Origin: an uncultured Candidatus Saccharibacteria bacterium
GTDB taxonomy: Bacteria > Patescibacteriota > UBA1384 > 2-12-FULL-50-11
Direction: 5' to 3'
DNA length: 46,517 bases
NCBI GenBank assembly: GCA_964358205.1
Contig: CAYHNZ010000004.1
Location: 1 to 46,517 of the forward strand
The translations under genes and the position numbers were made by a program. Positions 27,187 through 36,751 of this stretch are shown here, piece after piece. Position 1 is the stretch's first letter; each line of letters begins with the position of its first letter. Below the pieces are notes generated by a model. That model was given only the letters and a program-made list of their open reading frames with translations, had not been told where the DNA came from and did no database searches.

Positions 27187-27891
27187 ATGAAAACTAAAGA
27201 CGCGTTTTGGAAATTAAGTCCATCTGATTTTGCCTATTTGTATGAGGAGTGCAAGCATTGTTACTGCTTGAAAGTTAAGGAAAAAATTGGCCAGCCGAGC
27301 ATGCCGATGCCGGGGGTGTTTTCGACGATGAACTCGATAATGCAGGGGAGCGTTGTCGGCAAGAAACTGAAGACTATTTCAGCAGATCTTCCCGATGGCG
27401 AGGTTATCAAGCAAGAAGGATTTGTTAAGTCAAAGCCTATTCCTGGAACATCAGTTTTTATTGGCGGAAAGTACGATCTATTAGTGCAAAACCCAGACGG
27501 GACATATACGATTGTTGATTTCAAGATTTCTAAACCGGACGACGGCAAAGCCGAGAAGTATCAAACTCAACTTGGAGCGTATAAATTCGCCTTGGAAAAT
27601 CCTGAAAGTGGTGAGGCGATCAAAGTATCGAGGCTGGGACTACTGGTCTTTTATCCGGAGTCTGTCAGTTTTGAAAACGGCGTGGCTCGATTAGATTTTC
27701 CTCCCAAATGGCTGGAGATCCCGGCTGACGATACCGCATTTCTGAAACTTGCGCGGGAGATTGACAAGCTACTTACCGGACCGCTCCCACCCGAAGACCC
27801 AAACTGCAAATGGTGTAAATATCGCCACCTCGGCGAACAGTTGAGCCGTCACGACCCAGCCGTACCGTCTGACGACGAAGAGCCATTTTAG
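27187..27891 (+). CDS. PD-(D/E)XK nuclease (RecB/AddB/Cas4-like fold)
   Basis: LSPS..CKHC, GKYDLL, IVDFK, QLGAY, C-terminal CKWC. Confidence 0.85.
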   Translation: MKTKDAFWKLSPSDFAYLYEECKHCYCLKVKEKIGQPSMPMPGVFSTMNSIMQGSVVGKKLKTISADLPDGEVIKQEGFVKSKPIPGTSVFIGGKYDLLVQNPDGTYTIVDFKISKPDDGKAEKYQTQLGAYKFALENPESGEAIKVSRLGLLVFYPESVSFENGVARLDFPPKWLEIPADDTAFLKLAREIDKLLTGPLPPEDPNCKWCKYRHLGEQLSRHDPAVPSDDEEPF

Positions 27892-27982
27892 GCATACGTC
27901 CAGGCCGCCAAATATTTTCGCGCCGAGTAGCCGAATTTTCGTCCCGACCCATTTTTCCCTCGCTGCTTTTTTATAAAGAAAC

Positions 27983-28007
27983 AGGGCGCGGCTTGTGGCC
28001 GCGCCCT
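27983..28007. terminator. hairpin terminator between convergent genes
   Basis: AGGGCGCGGC-TTGTG-GCCGCGCCCT. Confidence 0.6.
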
Positions 28008-28022
28008 AAAGGACGGAAACAT

Positions 28023-29261
28023 CTACGGATAGCGATTGATTGCGATCGCAAAATTCTCGTAGTACGGATACTGGAACTTGAAGTCGCTTTCCGGAAGGTA
28101 CGCCGGAACCAGACAGGCCTCCCAGCGCACAGCTTCGTTCATGCCGGTGTAGCTGTAATCGAAAGACCATGTCCCATCACCGTTGATTTGAGTGTACGGC
28201 GGCACAAACGGCTGATACGGATCGGGTTGACCCGGCAGACCGAAGTAGACGACGATCTTGTAATCGCTGTAGCGGTTGACATTAGTCACCTTGCCGGTGA
28301 CCCTCATCGTTGTAGCGTTGGCTGACGTGATCTGGATCTTGGCCAGGAACAGATCGGTCGTGAGGATCGACTTCAACCGTAATTGGGTGTCGTAGATCCC
28401 CCAGTGCGGCCCGACTGCACCTTCAGCCGTTTTCCACGGCTCGTCGTTCTCTTCGAAGATGAAGAAGTCGTAGCCTTGGGCACGGGCAAACGCTGCCAGC
28501 GCCGAGACGTACCGACCCTGACCATCTTCCGACGCCCGTGGATCGCCGGCGCTAGGCCAACCCGATTCGGCAATAACCAGTTGCTTGCCCGGATAGGTTG
28601 CTTTCAGTGTTTCGCAGGCGTTATAAAGATAGCCGTTCCAGCCAGACACTGGATTAAGGATAGCGTTGTCGAGTGTCGCCCCTTCCCAGAACGGGAACAT
28701 ATTGGCGTAGATAACATCGCACTTGGCGACTACTTCGGGGTGATCCCGAAGCATACTCCAAGTATCACGGGTGGTCGTGGTTACACCAGTCGCTTTGACC
28801 CGATCGATATAACCGTTGAGTTGCGCCGGAGTTAAATCGCCGCGATACAGGCATTCGCTACCAACGACGGCAACATCAACCGCATGTTGGTTAATCAGAG
28901 CGATGAGGGCGTTGATTTCGGTTTCGTTGGCAGCCATGTTACTGGAAAGCCAGCAGCCGGCAGCAACTTTGAGTCCAAGAGCTTTCGCTCGCGGTGGAAT
29001 CAGTTCCGCGCCGTGAGTCGAGCTGTATGTCGAGACCCATTCCGAGATCCGTTCGGCTCGTTCTAACAATCGATCGACTGTCTCGCTAGAGACGGAGTCG
29101 CCGTTGTTGGGGTTGCCTGTCAGATACGGGCCGACGCAGAGGCCGTGGATCTTATTGATAACGACTGGGTCAATATTCCCACCCCCGGTGCCACCACCGC
29201 CACAGCCGGTGAGAAGAAGAGTCGTCGCAAGGACGATCAAAGATAGAAGGATGTGTTTCAT
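28023..29261 (-). CDS. GH17-like beta-1,3-glucanase lipoprotein
   Basis: Lipobox LLTGC after ATG 29261 (SD AGGAG); VVGSECLYRGD, NMFPFWEG, IAESGWPSAG, DEPWK..EGAVGPHWG. Confidence 0.85.
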   Translation of the reverse strand: MKHILLSLIVLATTLLLTGCGGGGTGGGNIDPVVINKIHGLCVGPYLTGNPNNGDSVSSETVDRLLERAERISEWVSTYSSTHGAELIPPRAKALGLKVAAGCWLSSNMAANETEINALIALINQHAVDVAVVGSECLYRGDLTPAQLNGYIDRVKATGVTTTTRDTWSMLRDHPEVVAKCDVIYANMFPFWEGATLDNAILNPVSGWNGYLYNACETLKATYPGKQLVIAESGWPSAGDPRASEDGQGRYVSALAAFARAQGYDFFIFEENDEPWKTAEGAVGPHWGIYDTQLRLKSILTTDLFLAKIQITSANATTMRVTGKVTNVNRYSDYKIVVYFGLPGQPDPYQPFVPPYTQINGDGTWSFDYSYTGMNEAVRWEACLVPAYLPESDFKFQYPYYENFAIAINRYP

Positions 29262-29449
29262 GTGTTTTTCTCCTGCATGTGAATGATTCGAATTGACAGT
29301 AGTATATTTGATAAGGACGGCTACTTCAAGGCCGCTAGCCCCAAATTCCCGCCCAATTCCAAATTTAGTTCCATCCAGGCAGTGGGTTTCCGGCACTTCA
29401 GCTCCTTCACAGTGAACCCTGGATATTCGGACTAACGATCTAACCTCTG

Positions 29450-29472
29450 AACTACACCCCTGGGGTGTAGTT
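29450..29472. repeat. 11-bp-stem palindrome in the GH17/heliorhodopsin divergent region
   Basis: AACTACACCCC-T-GGGGTGTAGTT. Confidence 0.75.
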
Positions 29473-29558
29473 ATGGTTTAGGGATGTGGATTCAGATATT
29501 GGGCTCTGGATTTTCGCTCAATTTCCATTGCTGTGTTATAAATAGTTATAAATAGATA

Positions 29559-30344
29559 ATGATGGATGAAACACAAATAAAGTTGGCGAAATTAAAAACA
29601 TTCAACTGGGTGATGTTTTTCTTGCACGCAGCTCAAGGCGTGGCAATTATATTATTGAGTCGTGATTTTAAACTACCTGTAACAACTAGCTATCTGACTT
29701 TTGACACAGCAACGCAGTCACTATTGCCGGCTTCAAGCGAACTATTCAAACTTTCCGTGCCGTGGATCGTGGCAGCGTTTTTCTTCTTGTCGGCCTTTAC
29801 CCATCTTTCAATTACTACTTTTTACAGCAAGACATATTTTGCCAATCTTTTGAAAGGCATTAATAAAGCGCGTTGGTGGGAGTACGCATTCTCGGCCTCG
29901 ATCATGATGGTGGCGATATCTATGTTAGTGGGAATTTACGATCTAGGAGCCTTGTTACTAATCTTTGCCGCTGTGGCTACGATGAACCTAACTGGCCTAA
30001 TCATGGAAACCCATAACGAAGGTGTTTTGGCGCGCGGCGAGAAGCCAAATTGGTTATCATTCAAACTGGGCTCGTTTATCGGATTAATCCCCTGGATAGT
30101 TATTGCATTGGCCTTTTGGTCAAGCGCCCATTTCAGCGGCGCCACCCCACCGACGTTTGTTTACTGGATTTTTGTTTCAATCTTTGTTTTCTTCAATTGC
30201 TTTGCAATCAATATGATCTTGCAGTATAAGCAGATTGGACCGTGGCGCGACTATCTCTACGGCGAGCGAGCTTACATTACATTGAGCCTGGCTGCGAAAT
30301 CTCTCTTAGCCTGGCAAGTATTCGCCGGGACGCTACGCCCGTAA
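29559..30344 (+). CDS. heliorhodopsin
   Basis: 7 TM; LHAAQ, THL, NKARWWEYAFSASIM, GERAYITLSLAAKSLLAW with retinal-binding Lys. Confidence 0.93.
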   Translation: MMDETQIKLAKLKTFNWVMFFLHAAQGVAIILLSRDFKLPVTTSYLTFDTATQSLLPASSELFKLSVPWIVAAFFFLSAFTHLSITTFYSKTYFANLLKGINKARWWEYAFSASIMMVAISMLVGIYDLGALLLIFAAVATMNLTGLIMETHNEGVLARGEKPNWLSFKLGSFIGLIPWIVIALAFWSSAHFSGATPPTFVYWIFVSIFVFFNCFAINMILQYKQIGPWRDYLYGERAYITLSLAAKSLLAWQVFAGTLRP

Positions 30345-30368
30345 GCCAGAACGGTTCCTGGTTTCTGA

Positions 30369-30463
30369 CCCCTCGATTCCGCTCCCCTCGACCCGGCTCG
30401 GGGTAAACAGGGTGAATTCAATTTTCCGATGCAAATTGGCTCTTCGATAAACTCAGAGTAAAC
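30369..30463. repeat. cluster of REP-like hairpins (CCCTCGA..CTC.GGGT type), one nested in another
   Basis: CCCTCGATTCCGCTC[CCCTCGACCCGGCTCGGGGTAAAC]AGGGT and CTCTTCGATAAACTCAGAGTAAAC. Confidence 0.55.
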
Positions 30464-30473
30464 GGCTTTTTTG

Positions 30474-30773
30474 CTAGGAATTCTTGGCGGCTAGGGCGTA
30501 AGGCAGGAAGTAGCGATCCCAGCTCTCGGTGGTCTCATGGTACTGATTGTCGCCATAGAATGAGTTGACGAATATCTCTCGAACGCGGGCGATCTCTTTT
30601 AAAAACTTACTATTGTTACTGTCGGACAAACTCCAGTCGAGTAACTCTAGTGCTCGCTCGGCCGCGCCTTCGGCGCGGCTCTTGTTAGTATCTTTCCACT
30701 TCATCGCCCGACCAACTTCGCTACCGATATTGCCGAACTGATAGTAGATATCGTGCGATTGCCAGTCGGTCAT
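30474..30773 (-). CDS. small helical conserved hypothetical protein
   Basis: GNIGSEVGRA..ERALELLD..EIARVRE; ATGA-coupled to the upstream gene. Confidence 0.75.
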   Translation of the reverse strand: MTDWQSHDIYYQFGNIGSEVGRAMKWKDTNKSRAEGAAERALELLDWSLSDSNNSKFLKEIARVREIFVNSFYGDNQYHETTESWDRYFLPYALAAKNS

Positions 30774-31120
30774 TTGATAAGTTCTGCAACAATTTCTTTA
30801 ATTTTATCTTGAATTGATTGGTCTTCGACTGATCGGGAACGATTATTTTGTGACGGCCGGATGTTAATCATCGAATCATATTCGATCAAATCGTCGTCGT
30901 TGGGACGGAGATTGATTCCCCAAAGATTATGCTGATTGGATCCTTTTTCTAATAAAAACGCTTCTTCGTCTGCGTGCATGGCCCCACCAATGGCCATAGT
31001 TCTTTTCTCAACATCAACGACGGCTTTTACCAACTCTCCGGCAAACTGCTCTTCTGCCATTTCTTTCAGTTTTCCGACGGAAATATTTTTATCAACAAGC
31101 TCGATTGCCATCTCTGGCAT
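30770..31120 (-). CDS. DUF5674-like protein
   Basis: VKAVVDVEK..GGAMHADEE..GSNQHNLWGIN..SMINIRP. Confidence 0.75.
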   Translation of the reverse strand: MPEMAIELVDKNISVGKLKEMAEEQFAGELVKAVVDVEKRTMAIGGAMHADEEAFLLEKGSNQHNLWGINLRPNDDDLIEYDSMINIRPSQNNRSRSVEDQSIQDKIKEIVAELIK

Positions 31121-31204
31121 AGTAAAGTATTGTGAGGCCGATTTGTAGACATAGAAGTGAGGCCCTGGATTATTTGTTGCAAAAGTTTAAGAATTAAATT
31201 GAAA

Positions 31205-31711
31205 ATGAAAGCTTTTGTGCCACGAATAATTAAGTTGCCAGATCGGAAAGTTATCTCCGTTACTTCGCATGGTGATCCGAACAAAGTGATGGAGCCGTAT
31301 ATGAAAGCGCTCTACGGTGCTGCGTATGGCGCAAAAATGGGAGTGTATAAACCCAAGGGTATTAAAATGGAACTGGGAAAACTGGCGGCGCGGTGGCCGG
31401 ACGCCCACTTGAAACCAAAAGACGAATGGACAGGGATTTGGGGCGTCGCGGTACCAGACTACGTCACCCAAAAAGATCTGCTGCAGAAAGACCCGAAAAT
31501 TAAAGCGACAATTGAGACCTGGAAGGGCGGCGATTGCGCCGAGGTTCTATATATCGGGCCATACGCTGACGAAGGCCCGACAATCAAAAACTTACACAGA
31601 TTCGTTGAAGATTCCGGCTACAAATTAGTTGGCCAACACGAAGAAGAATACTTATCTCGCCCCGGCGCAGGCGCCAAAACCATCATCCGGAATCTGATCG
31701 AGAAGAAGTAG
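31205..31711 (+). CDS. GyrI-like small-molecule-binding protein
   Basis: GDPN..ALYG, LYIGPYADEGPTI..LH, HEEEYLS. Confidence 0.8.
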   Translation: MKAFVPRIIKLPDRKVISVTSHGDPNKVMEPYMKALYGAAYGAKMGVYKPKGIKMELGKLAARWPDAHLKPKDEWTGIWGVAVPDYVTQKDLLQKDPKIKATIETWKGGDCAEVLYIGPYADEGPTIKNLHRFVEDSGYKLVGQHEEEYLSRPGAGAKTIIRNLIEKK

Positions 31712-31728
31712 TTTGTTGCGAATCATTC

Positions 31729-31750
31729 CGTATGCGGTATACCGCATACG
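31729..31750. repeat. 22-bp perfect palindrome, variant of the TATGCG..CGCATA family
   Basis: CGTATGCGGTATACCGCATACG. Confidence 0.85.
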
Positions 31751-31803
31751 ACGCAATCTCGTTCCATTAAAATAATCCGTAGTTTTTAGACTACAATGTA
31801 TTC

Positions 31804-32631
31804 ATGCGAGCATTTCTCAAACGGTTTTGGTGGGCGGGACTAATCGTCGTTGGGTTGGTTTTGATCATCGGGACAATGCTTTTTTCTGGCAAAGATAGCA
31901 TCGATAAGAATGAGATGACTAGGAACGACTCGTCGACAGCTGGAGAGACGAAAGACAAAGAAAAGAAGATTGAATGGCCGAGCCAGGACGCGAAGTATAT
32001 TACAGCCGTACCGTTGGATCTGACCCAAATACAGAGCATCTCTAAATACCGCAGTTGCGCAGGGCACGATTTTTCTGGTTATAACTTTGAGCAAACACTG
32101 GAGACCGACCGTTCAATGAAGCACTATATTTATCCCGTGGCCCAATTTCAGGGAACGATCAACAAAGTTAAGATGTTCGCTCCTTTCGATGGCACTGTCT
32201 CGAGTATTGACCTCGAAAGCGATCAAATAGGCCAACCCGGTAAACGCCCTCAAACTGGCAACGGGATAACTTTTTCGACCCCGGCCGACCCGAATGTCGG
32301 CTTTGAATTTAGCCATATTTATTTTGTTAAAGAGTTCAAAGTGGGCGATGTGGTGAAGGGGGGCGAGTTGATCGGTTACGCAGCTTTAGGCGACAAAGGC
32401 AATGATTTTGATCTAGTGTTGTCGGGGCCGCGAATGAGTAATTCTTCTATTTTCGGTAGCGTCTTCGATCATATGACGGAAAGTGTCTTGGGTGAGTTTG
32501 CCGCTCACGGCGTCACGATAGGAAATACCAAATTCACCAAGGAATATCGCGACGCTAACCCATGTGGTTACGCCGCTGGCACCCAAAAGGGCGGAAGGCC
32601 GGGCGAAAGCTGGATCCAGCTGACGAGGTAA
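31804..32631 (+). CDS. membrane-anchored exported protein, M23/hybrid-motif-like fold
   Basis: N-terminal TM; FAPFDGTV...FSHI...VGDVVKGGELIG. Confidence 0.6.
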   Translation: MRAFLKRFWWAGLIVVGLVLIIGTMLFSGKDSIDKNEMTRNDSSTAGETKDKEKKIEWPSQDAKYITAVPLDLTQIQSISKYRSCAGHDFSGYNFEQTLETDRSMKHYIYPVAQFQGTINKVKMFAPFDGTVSSIDLESDQIGQPGKRPQTGNGITFSTPADPNVGFEFSHIYFVKEFKVGDVVKGGELIGYAALGDKGNDFDLVLSGPRMSNSSIFGSVFDHMTESVLGEFAAHGVTIGNTKFTKEYRDANPCGYAAGTQKGGRPGESWIQLTR

Positions 32632-32676
32632 ACTTCCTAGTAGTTGACAACTAATTTTGGTGGTACGATTTTTCTA

Positions 32677-33636
32677 ATGAGTGAGCAGGTGGCGGACAAT
32701 CCAACCCCAACACCGGTCAAGAAAAAACGTCACGGCTGTCTTAAGGGCTGTTTTATATTTTTCGGTTTGCTTGTCGTACTGCTGGTTGGCAGTGCCCTAG
32801 TTACGGGCTTTCGAGATACGGACGCCAATGTTCTCAAAAATTATCAGCCATCGGAGGTTATTGCAGATATTGCCCTGAAGAATACCTACACCGACAAAGG
32901 TAAGGCGATGCTCTACCGCACCGATCCGAAGTTTGTTGGAGGTGAAGAATTCCGAGCTATCTGCGCCGCTGACGGAATCGAGGGCTTGGCCTGCACCGAT
33001 ACCCGTAAAACCACCCTACTGCAAATTGACGATCCGAAATTTGTTGACCACAAGTACTCGGCCGCTACCCACGAAATGTTGCATGTCGCCTATCATAAGC
33101 TCACCGATACCGAAACAGCCGCAGTTAACGTCTTACTCGATCAGGAGCTACTCAAACATAAGGACGACTACCATCTATCTGGCATCCTTGACATGTTGAA
33201 AGAGAAAAAAGCCGGTGATACCGAAACGATGTACAGCGAGCTCCATTCAAAGTTTGGCGTCGAATACGCCGACTTGGTTCCGGGGCTGGAAGAGCATTAC
33301 AAGCTCTACTTTACCAATCGAGCCGAAGTGGTCCGACTTTACCAAGAAGGTGGCTTTAACAGTCGAGTCCGCCGAATTGATCAGTTAAATGCGGAGGGAC
33401 TAGCTATGGAAGCGAAGATCAACGCCCTTGATAGTACCCTTCGTTCTTTGCAGGCGGCTGGTGTGGCCAATGAGGATGTCGATGCGTTTAATGTCAAGGT
33501 CAATCAAGTTAACAGTCTGATCAGACAGTACAATGCTAAAGCCGCCGAGTCGCAAAAACTCTTCGCCGAGGTCGAAACTTTTTATCGCTACTTCAACCCG
33601 AACTACAAAACCCCCGAAGCCAAAACCGAGCAGTAA
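32677..33636 (+). CDS. membrane-anchored protein with zincin-like HEXXH motif and coiled-coil tail
   Basis: TM at N-terminus; ATHEMLH, ELHS. Confidence 0.65.
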   Translation: MSEQVADNPTPTPVKKKRHGCLKGCFIFFGLLVVLLVGSALVTGFRDTDANVLKNYQPSEVIADIALKNTYTDKGKAMLYRTDPKFVGGEEFRAICAADGIEGLACTDTRKTTLLQIDDPKFVDHKYSAATHEMLHVAYHKLTDTETAAVNVLLDQELLKHKDDYHLSGILDMLKEKKAGDTETMYSELHSKFGVEYADLVPGLEEHYKLYFTNRAEVVRLYQEGGFNSRVRRIDQLNAEGLAMEAKINALDSTLRSLQAAGVANEDVDAFNVKVNQVNSLIRQYNAKAAESQKLFAEVETFYRYFNPNYKTPEAKTEQ

Positions 33637-33729
33637 CTAGGGAATTACTACTCAACGGCTAGTCTATTGTCGCAACAAAACACTTCGGCAAAGCACCGCC
33701 TAGCTTGATCCAAGTAATCAGGTCCGCTC

Positions 33730-34545
33730 CTACAGAGCCTGTTTAAAACCGATAACGAAGCCGATCGTAAAAGCAATAACTGGGATGGCTATGGCGATGA
33801 TACTAATTACGACTCCGGCAATAGCCATACCCCTCGCCGAAGTTTTCATACCTTTTACGCCGAACACCAGACTTAGGATTCCCAATAAACCGATCAACAT
33901 ACTGAAGATCGTTCCGGCCAAAGCAACGATACTAATAATTAGCGACCACATCCCGAGACTACTATTTGGTGCTTCTGTAGCCTGAACTGGCATAGCGACC
34001 GGAGCTGGAGCAACTACTGGCGTTGGAGTAGCTACCGGTGCTGGTGTCACCGAAGCTGGTTGCGTAACTTGATCGTTGGTTGCTTGTGTATTTTCCATAC
34101 TGACAGCGTATGAATTCGAAATAGTGGTGTCAAGTTTTTGAGATTTGGTTAATCTTTTTCTCGCTATTCGTTGGCCAATTAGAACCGCGACGCCAGCAAT
34201 AATCAAGTCACCAATTACGTCAAGGATCTTTCCGGTATCATCAGATGCGAACCAAAAACGGAAAATCACTAGAGCGACAACAATCGGTGTCCAGAGCCAC
34301 CAGTTATTCCAAATCTTGTCTATGGAGACCCTAAGTCTGCCTCGGTTGAAAATAATAATAAACATTGAGATGTCGGCAAAAATCAGAATTGGTAGAGCAA
34401 TTATTATCTCTAGGTTAAAATCCCAGGTTAGGGCAATCAGACTAAAGATAATAATGGGGGTCAATAAACAGGTGGCAATAATAGCCGAACGACGCCGAGT
34501 TCCGTCTAGTTCGTTTCGAGTTTGATTCGGAGAAAAATCGTCCAT
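33730..34545 (-). CDS. multi-pass membrane protein with Pro/Ala/Thr linker and DUF4190-like C-terminus
   Basis: TM segments, PASVTPAPVATPTPVVAPAP linker, RGMAIAGVVISI. Confidence 0.65.
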   Translation of the reverse strand: MDDFSPNQTRNELDGTRRRSAIIATCLLTPIIIFSLIALTWDFNLEIIIALPILIFADISMFIIIFNRGRLRVSIDKIWNNWWLWTPIVVALVIFRFWFASDDTGKILDVIGDLIIAGVAVLIGQRIARKRLTKSQKLDTTISNSYAVSMENTQATNDQVTQPASVTPAPVATPTPVVAPAPVAMPVQATEAPNSSLGMWSLIISIVALAGTIFSMLIGLLGILSLVFGVKGMKTSARGMAIAGVVISIIAIAIPVIAFTIGFVIGFKQAL

Positions 34546-34561
34546 TTTCTACAAGCTAGTA

Positions 34562-34885
34562 CTATTCGACGATAACCGCCGTACCATAGCAGAGGACTTC
34601 GGTGACGCCAGACATAACATCGTTAGCATCGTAACGCACAGCGATGATGGCATTAGCGCCCACTTCCTCGGCGTGACGAACCATAATTTCGTACGCTTCG
34701 GCTCGGGTTTTCTCGCAGAGCTCGGTAAACAAGCTGATATTGCCGCCGAGAATTGTTTGCAGAGAGCCGCCAAGCGTCCCAAAAATTGATCGCGACCTAA
34801 CCGTGATGCCACGAACTAAGCCAATATTCTTGACGATTTTCTTGCCCGGTAACTCAAAAGCAGTGGTAATATTTTGACGATCCAT
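34562..34885 (-). CDS. YbjQ/UPF0145 family protein
   Basis: GLVRGITVRSR, GANAIIAVRYD, EVLCYGTAV. Confidence 0.92.
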   Translation of the reverse strand: MDRQNITTAFELPGKKIVKNIGLVRGITVRSRSIFGTLGGSLQTILGGNISLFTELCEKTRAEAYEIMVRHAEEVGANAIIAVRYDANDVMSGVTEVLCYGTAVIVE

Positions 34886-34944
34886 TGGAGATATTTTACC
34901 ATTTGTAAAGCAAACTTGACATTTTTGAGGTAAAATAGGGGTAG

Positions 34945-35571
34945 ATGGCTAAAGATTTTTATGATGTTTTAGGTGTTTCCAAAGGGGCGAGCGAGCAAGA
35001 GATTAAAAAGGCCTACCGAAGTAAGGCTCATAAACTGCACCCCGATAAGGGCGGTGACAAAGCGGCGTTCCAGGAAATTAACGAGGCCTATCAGGTGTTG
35101 GGCGATAAAAATAAAAAAGCCCAGTACGACCAGTTTGGTAGTGTCGGTCGAGGAGCAGGAGGCTTTGGAGGCGCTCATCCGCCAGCTGGCGGAAAAGGAT
35201 TTGGTGGCTTTGACGGTTTTAATGTTAATTTCGGCGGCGGCCATCCGCCAGCTGGCGGAGGCGGTTTCGGCTCTATTTTTGAAGATTTATTTGAATCTGC
35301 TTTCTCACAAGTACAGGTTCAGCTGGCTATTTCTATCCCTCAAGCCGTTTTAGGTGACACGGTCCGTTTTAAGACTAATTTTGGCGATGAGATTGAGCTA
35401 AGAATTCCTCCGGCTACCCAAGAAGGGCATTCCTTCAGGTTCAGAGGTAAGGGTCAGCAAACCCGCCGTGGTCGCGGCGACCTGACGGTGGTTATCCACA
35501 TCGAAATCCCCCACCGCCTGACCCGCGAACAAAAAGAGCTTTACGAACAGCTAAGACGAGCTTCGTCGTAA
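34945..35571 (+). CDS. dnaJ: DnaJ-type co-chaperone lacking the zinc finger
   Basis: J domain with HPD, G/F-rich linker, short C-terminal domain; 208 aa, no CxxCxGxG repeats. Confidence 0.88.
   Translation: MAKDFYDVLGVSKGASEQEIKKAYRSKAHKLHPDKGGDKAAFQEINEAYQVLGDKNKKAQYDQFGSVGRGAGGFGGAHPPAGGKGFGGFDGFNVNFGGGHPPAGGGGFGSIFEDLFESAFSQVQVQLAISIPQAVLGDTVRFKTNFGDEIELRIPPATQEGHSFRFRGKGQQTRRGRGDLTVVIHIEIPHRLTREQKELYEQLRRASS
35178..35193. repeat. intragenic 16-bp palindrome TCCGCCAGCTGGCGGA (copy 1)
   Basis: Perfect palindrome read as PPAGG in dnaJ. Confidence 0.9.
35244..35259. repeat. intragenic 16-bp palindrome (copy 2)
   Basis: Identical to copy 1, same frame. Confidence 0.9.
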
Positions 35572-35628
35572 CGACGGTTGATTTCTTGACCATTCCCTAG
35601 TATAATTCTCTAGTTTCGAGGTGAGGTT

Positions 35629-36687
35629 ATGAAAGCACTTTTTATTTTGGAAATTCTGCTATTTGCAACTTTTGCCACTGCGCAGGAACTGCCGCCTCAT
35701 CCGAGGCAAGATGAAATATTCGCCCGGCTCCAAAGTGCGGGTGTTGGCTTGTGGTCATATAAGGTCTACGACCCAGCCGTGATCAGCCAGATCTGTGCCG
35801 AAGTGGGAGCGGGGCATATCAAGCTTAGAGCATTTGCCGATGGTCGACGTGCCATTCAACCGGCGCGTTTAGCCAAGCTGATAAACAAGCTCAGCCCGCT
35901 GAAGGTAGAGGTCTGGTGTCATACGCGCGGAAGAACGCTCGATGCCGATCTCGACTACTTGGCCAACTTCTACCAGCAGGTGGAGGATCAAGACAACTTC
36001 GTTGGGCTAATGCTTAACATCGAGCACAATATCAGCGCTCGCCAGGCTGGTTATCTGGTTAGCCAAATCGCATCCTATCGTGACCGACATGCGGCGGGGT
36101 CGCTGATTGGGTTTTCAAGCTATCCGGTCATCGATCTACACACTGACAAGGTGCCGTTTGACACGATCGTTCGCCAGGTCGATTATGTCGCCCCGCAGGT
36201 CTACTGGGCTCACAACGGTAGTGGACCAAAGGAGTATCTCGATCGCAGCTACCAAACCTGGCTTCGTCAGGGAAAACGACTTGGGTTTGATCCGATCATC
36301 GCTCCGGTTGGCCAAACCTACTCGAGCGAAGGACGCCAAACGCTAAAGCCCGGCCAGTTGACCGAGTTCATCGAAGCAACGAAGGGCTATAAAGCAATTT
36401 CCTTTTACTCGATCGACGAGCTTAAGGAGAAACAGTGGGCGATCGATGAAGTAGCTCGAGCGATCAGGGAGTATCGTCCTCAAGACATCCCGGGTTTGGC
36501 TGGCCAACCTAACGCAACAACGCCAGTACTCGAAAGGGTCTGGACATTGGTTCTGTGGTTGGTGGGAGCGTACTTGCTTGTCGCTTTCTTAGTCTTCTTG
36601 GCCAGGTTCCGGCAAAAAGGCGCTAGTTGGCTTACTCTAGCCACGGCACTGAAATGGCCGAAATGGTTATGGAAGATTAGGAGATAG
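35629..36687 (+). CDS. exported glycoside-hydrolase-like (TIM-barrel) protein with C-terminal TM anchor
   Basis: Signal peptide, LMLNIE, GFSSY, DYVAPQVYW, C-terminal hydrophobic helix; TATAAT at 35601, SD GAGG. Confidence 0.6.
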   Translation: MKALFILEILLFATFATAQELPPHPRQDEIFARLQSAGVGLWSYKVYDPAVISQICAEVGAGHIKLRAFADGRRAIQPARLAKLINKLSPLKVEVWCHTRGRTLDADLDYLANFYQQVEDQDNFVGLMLNIEHNISARQAGYLVSQIASYRDRHAAGSLIGFSSYPVIDLHTDKVPFDTIVRQVDYVAPQVYWAHNGSGPKEYLDRSYQTWLRQGKRLGFDPIIAPVGQTYSSEGRQTLKPGQLTEFIEATKGYKAISFYSIDELKEKQWAIDEVARAIREYRPQDIPGLAGQPNATTPVLERVWTLVLWLVGAYLLVAFLVFLARFRQKGASWLTLATALKWPKWLWKIRR

Positions 36688-36751
36688 ACGATCTTGACAG
36701 TGTTCTTGGGCCGGTGCGATTGCGCCGGCCATTTTTGAAAAAACACCGGAT

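Noticed and set aside
16572-34944. Prophage or ICE interpretation of the island
   Set aside because: No integrase, structural, relaxase or conjugation genes recognised; Bro-N alone is insufficient
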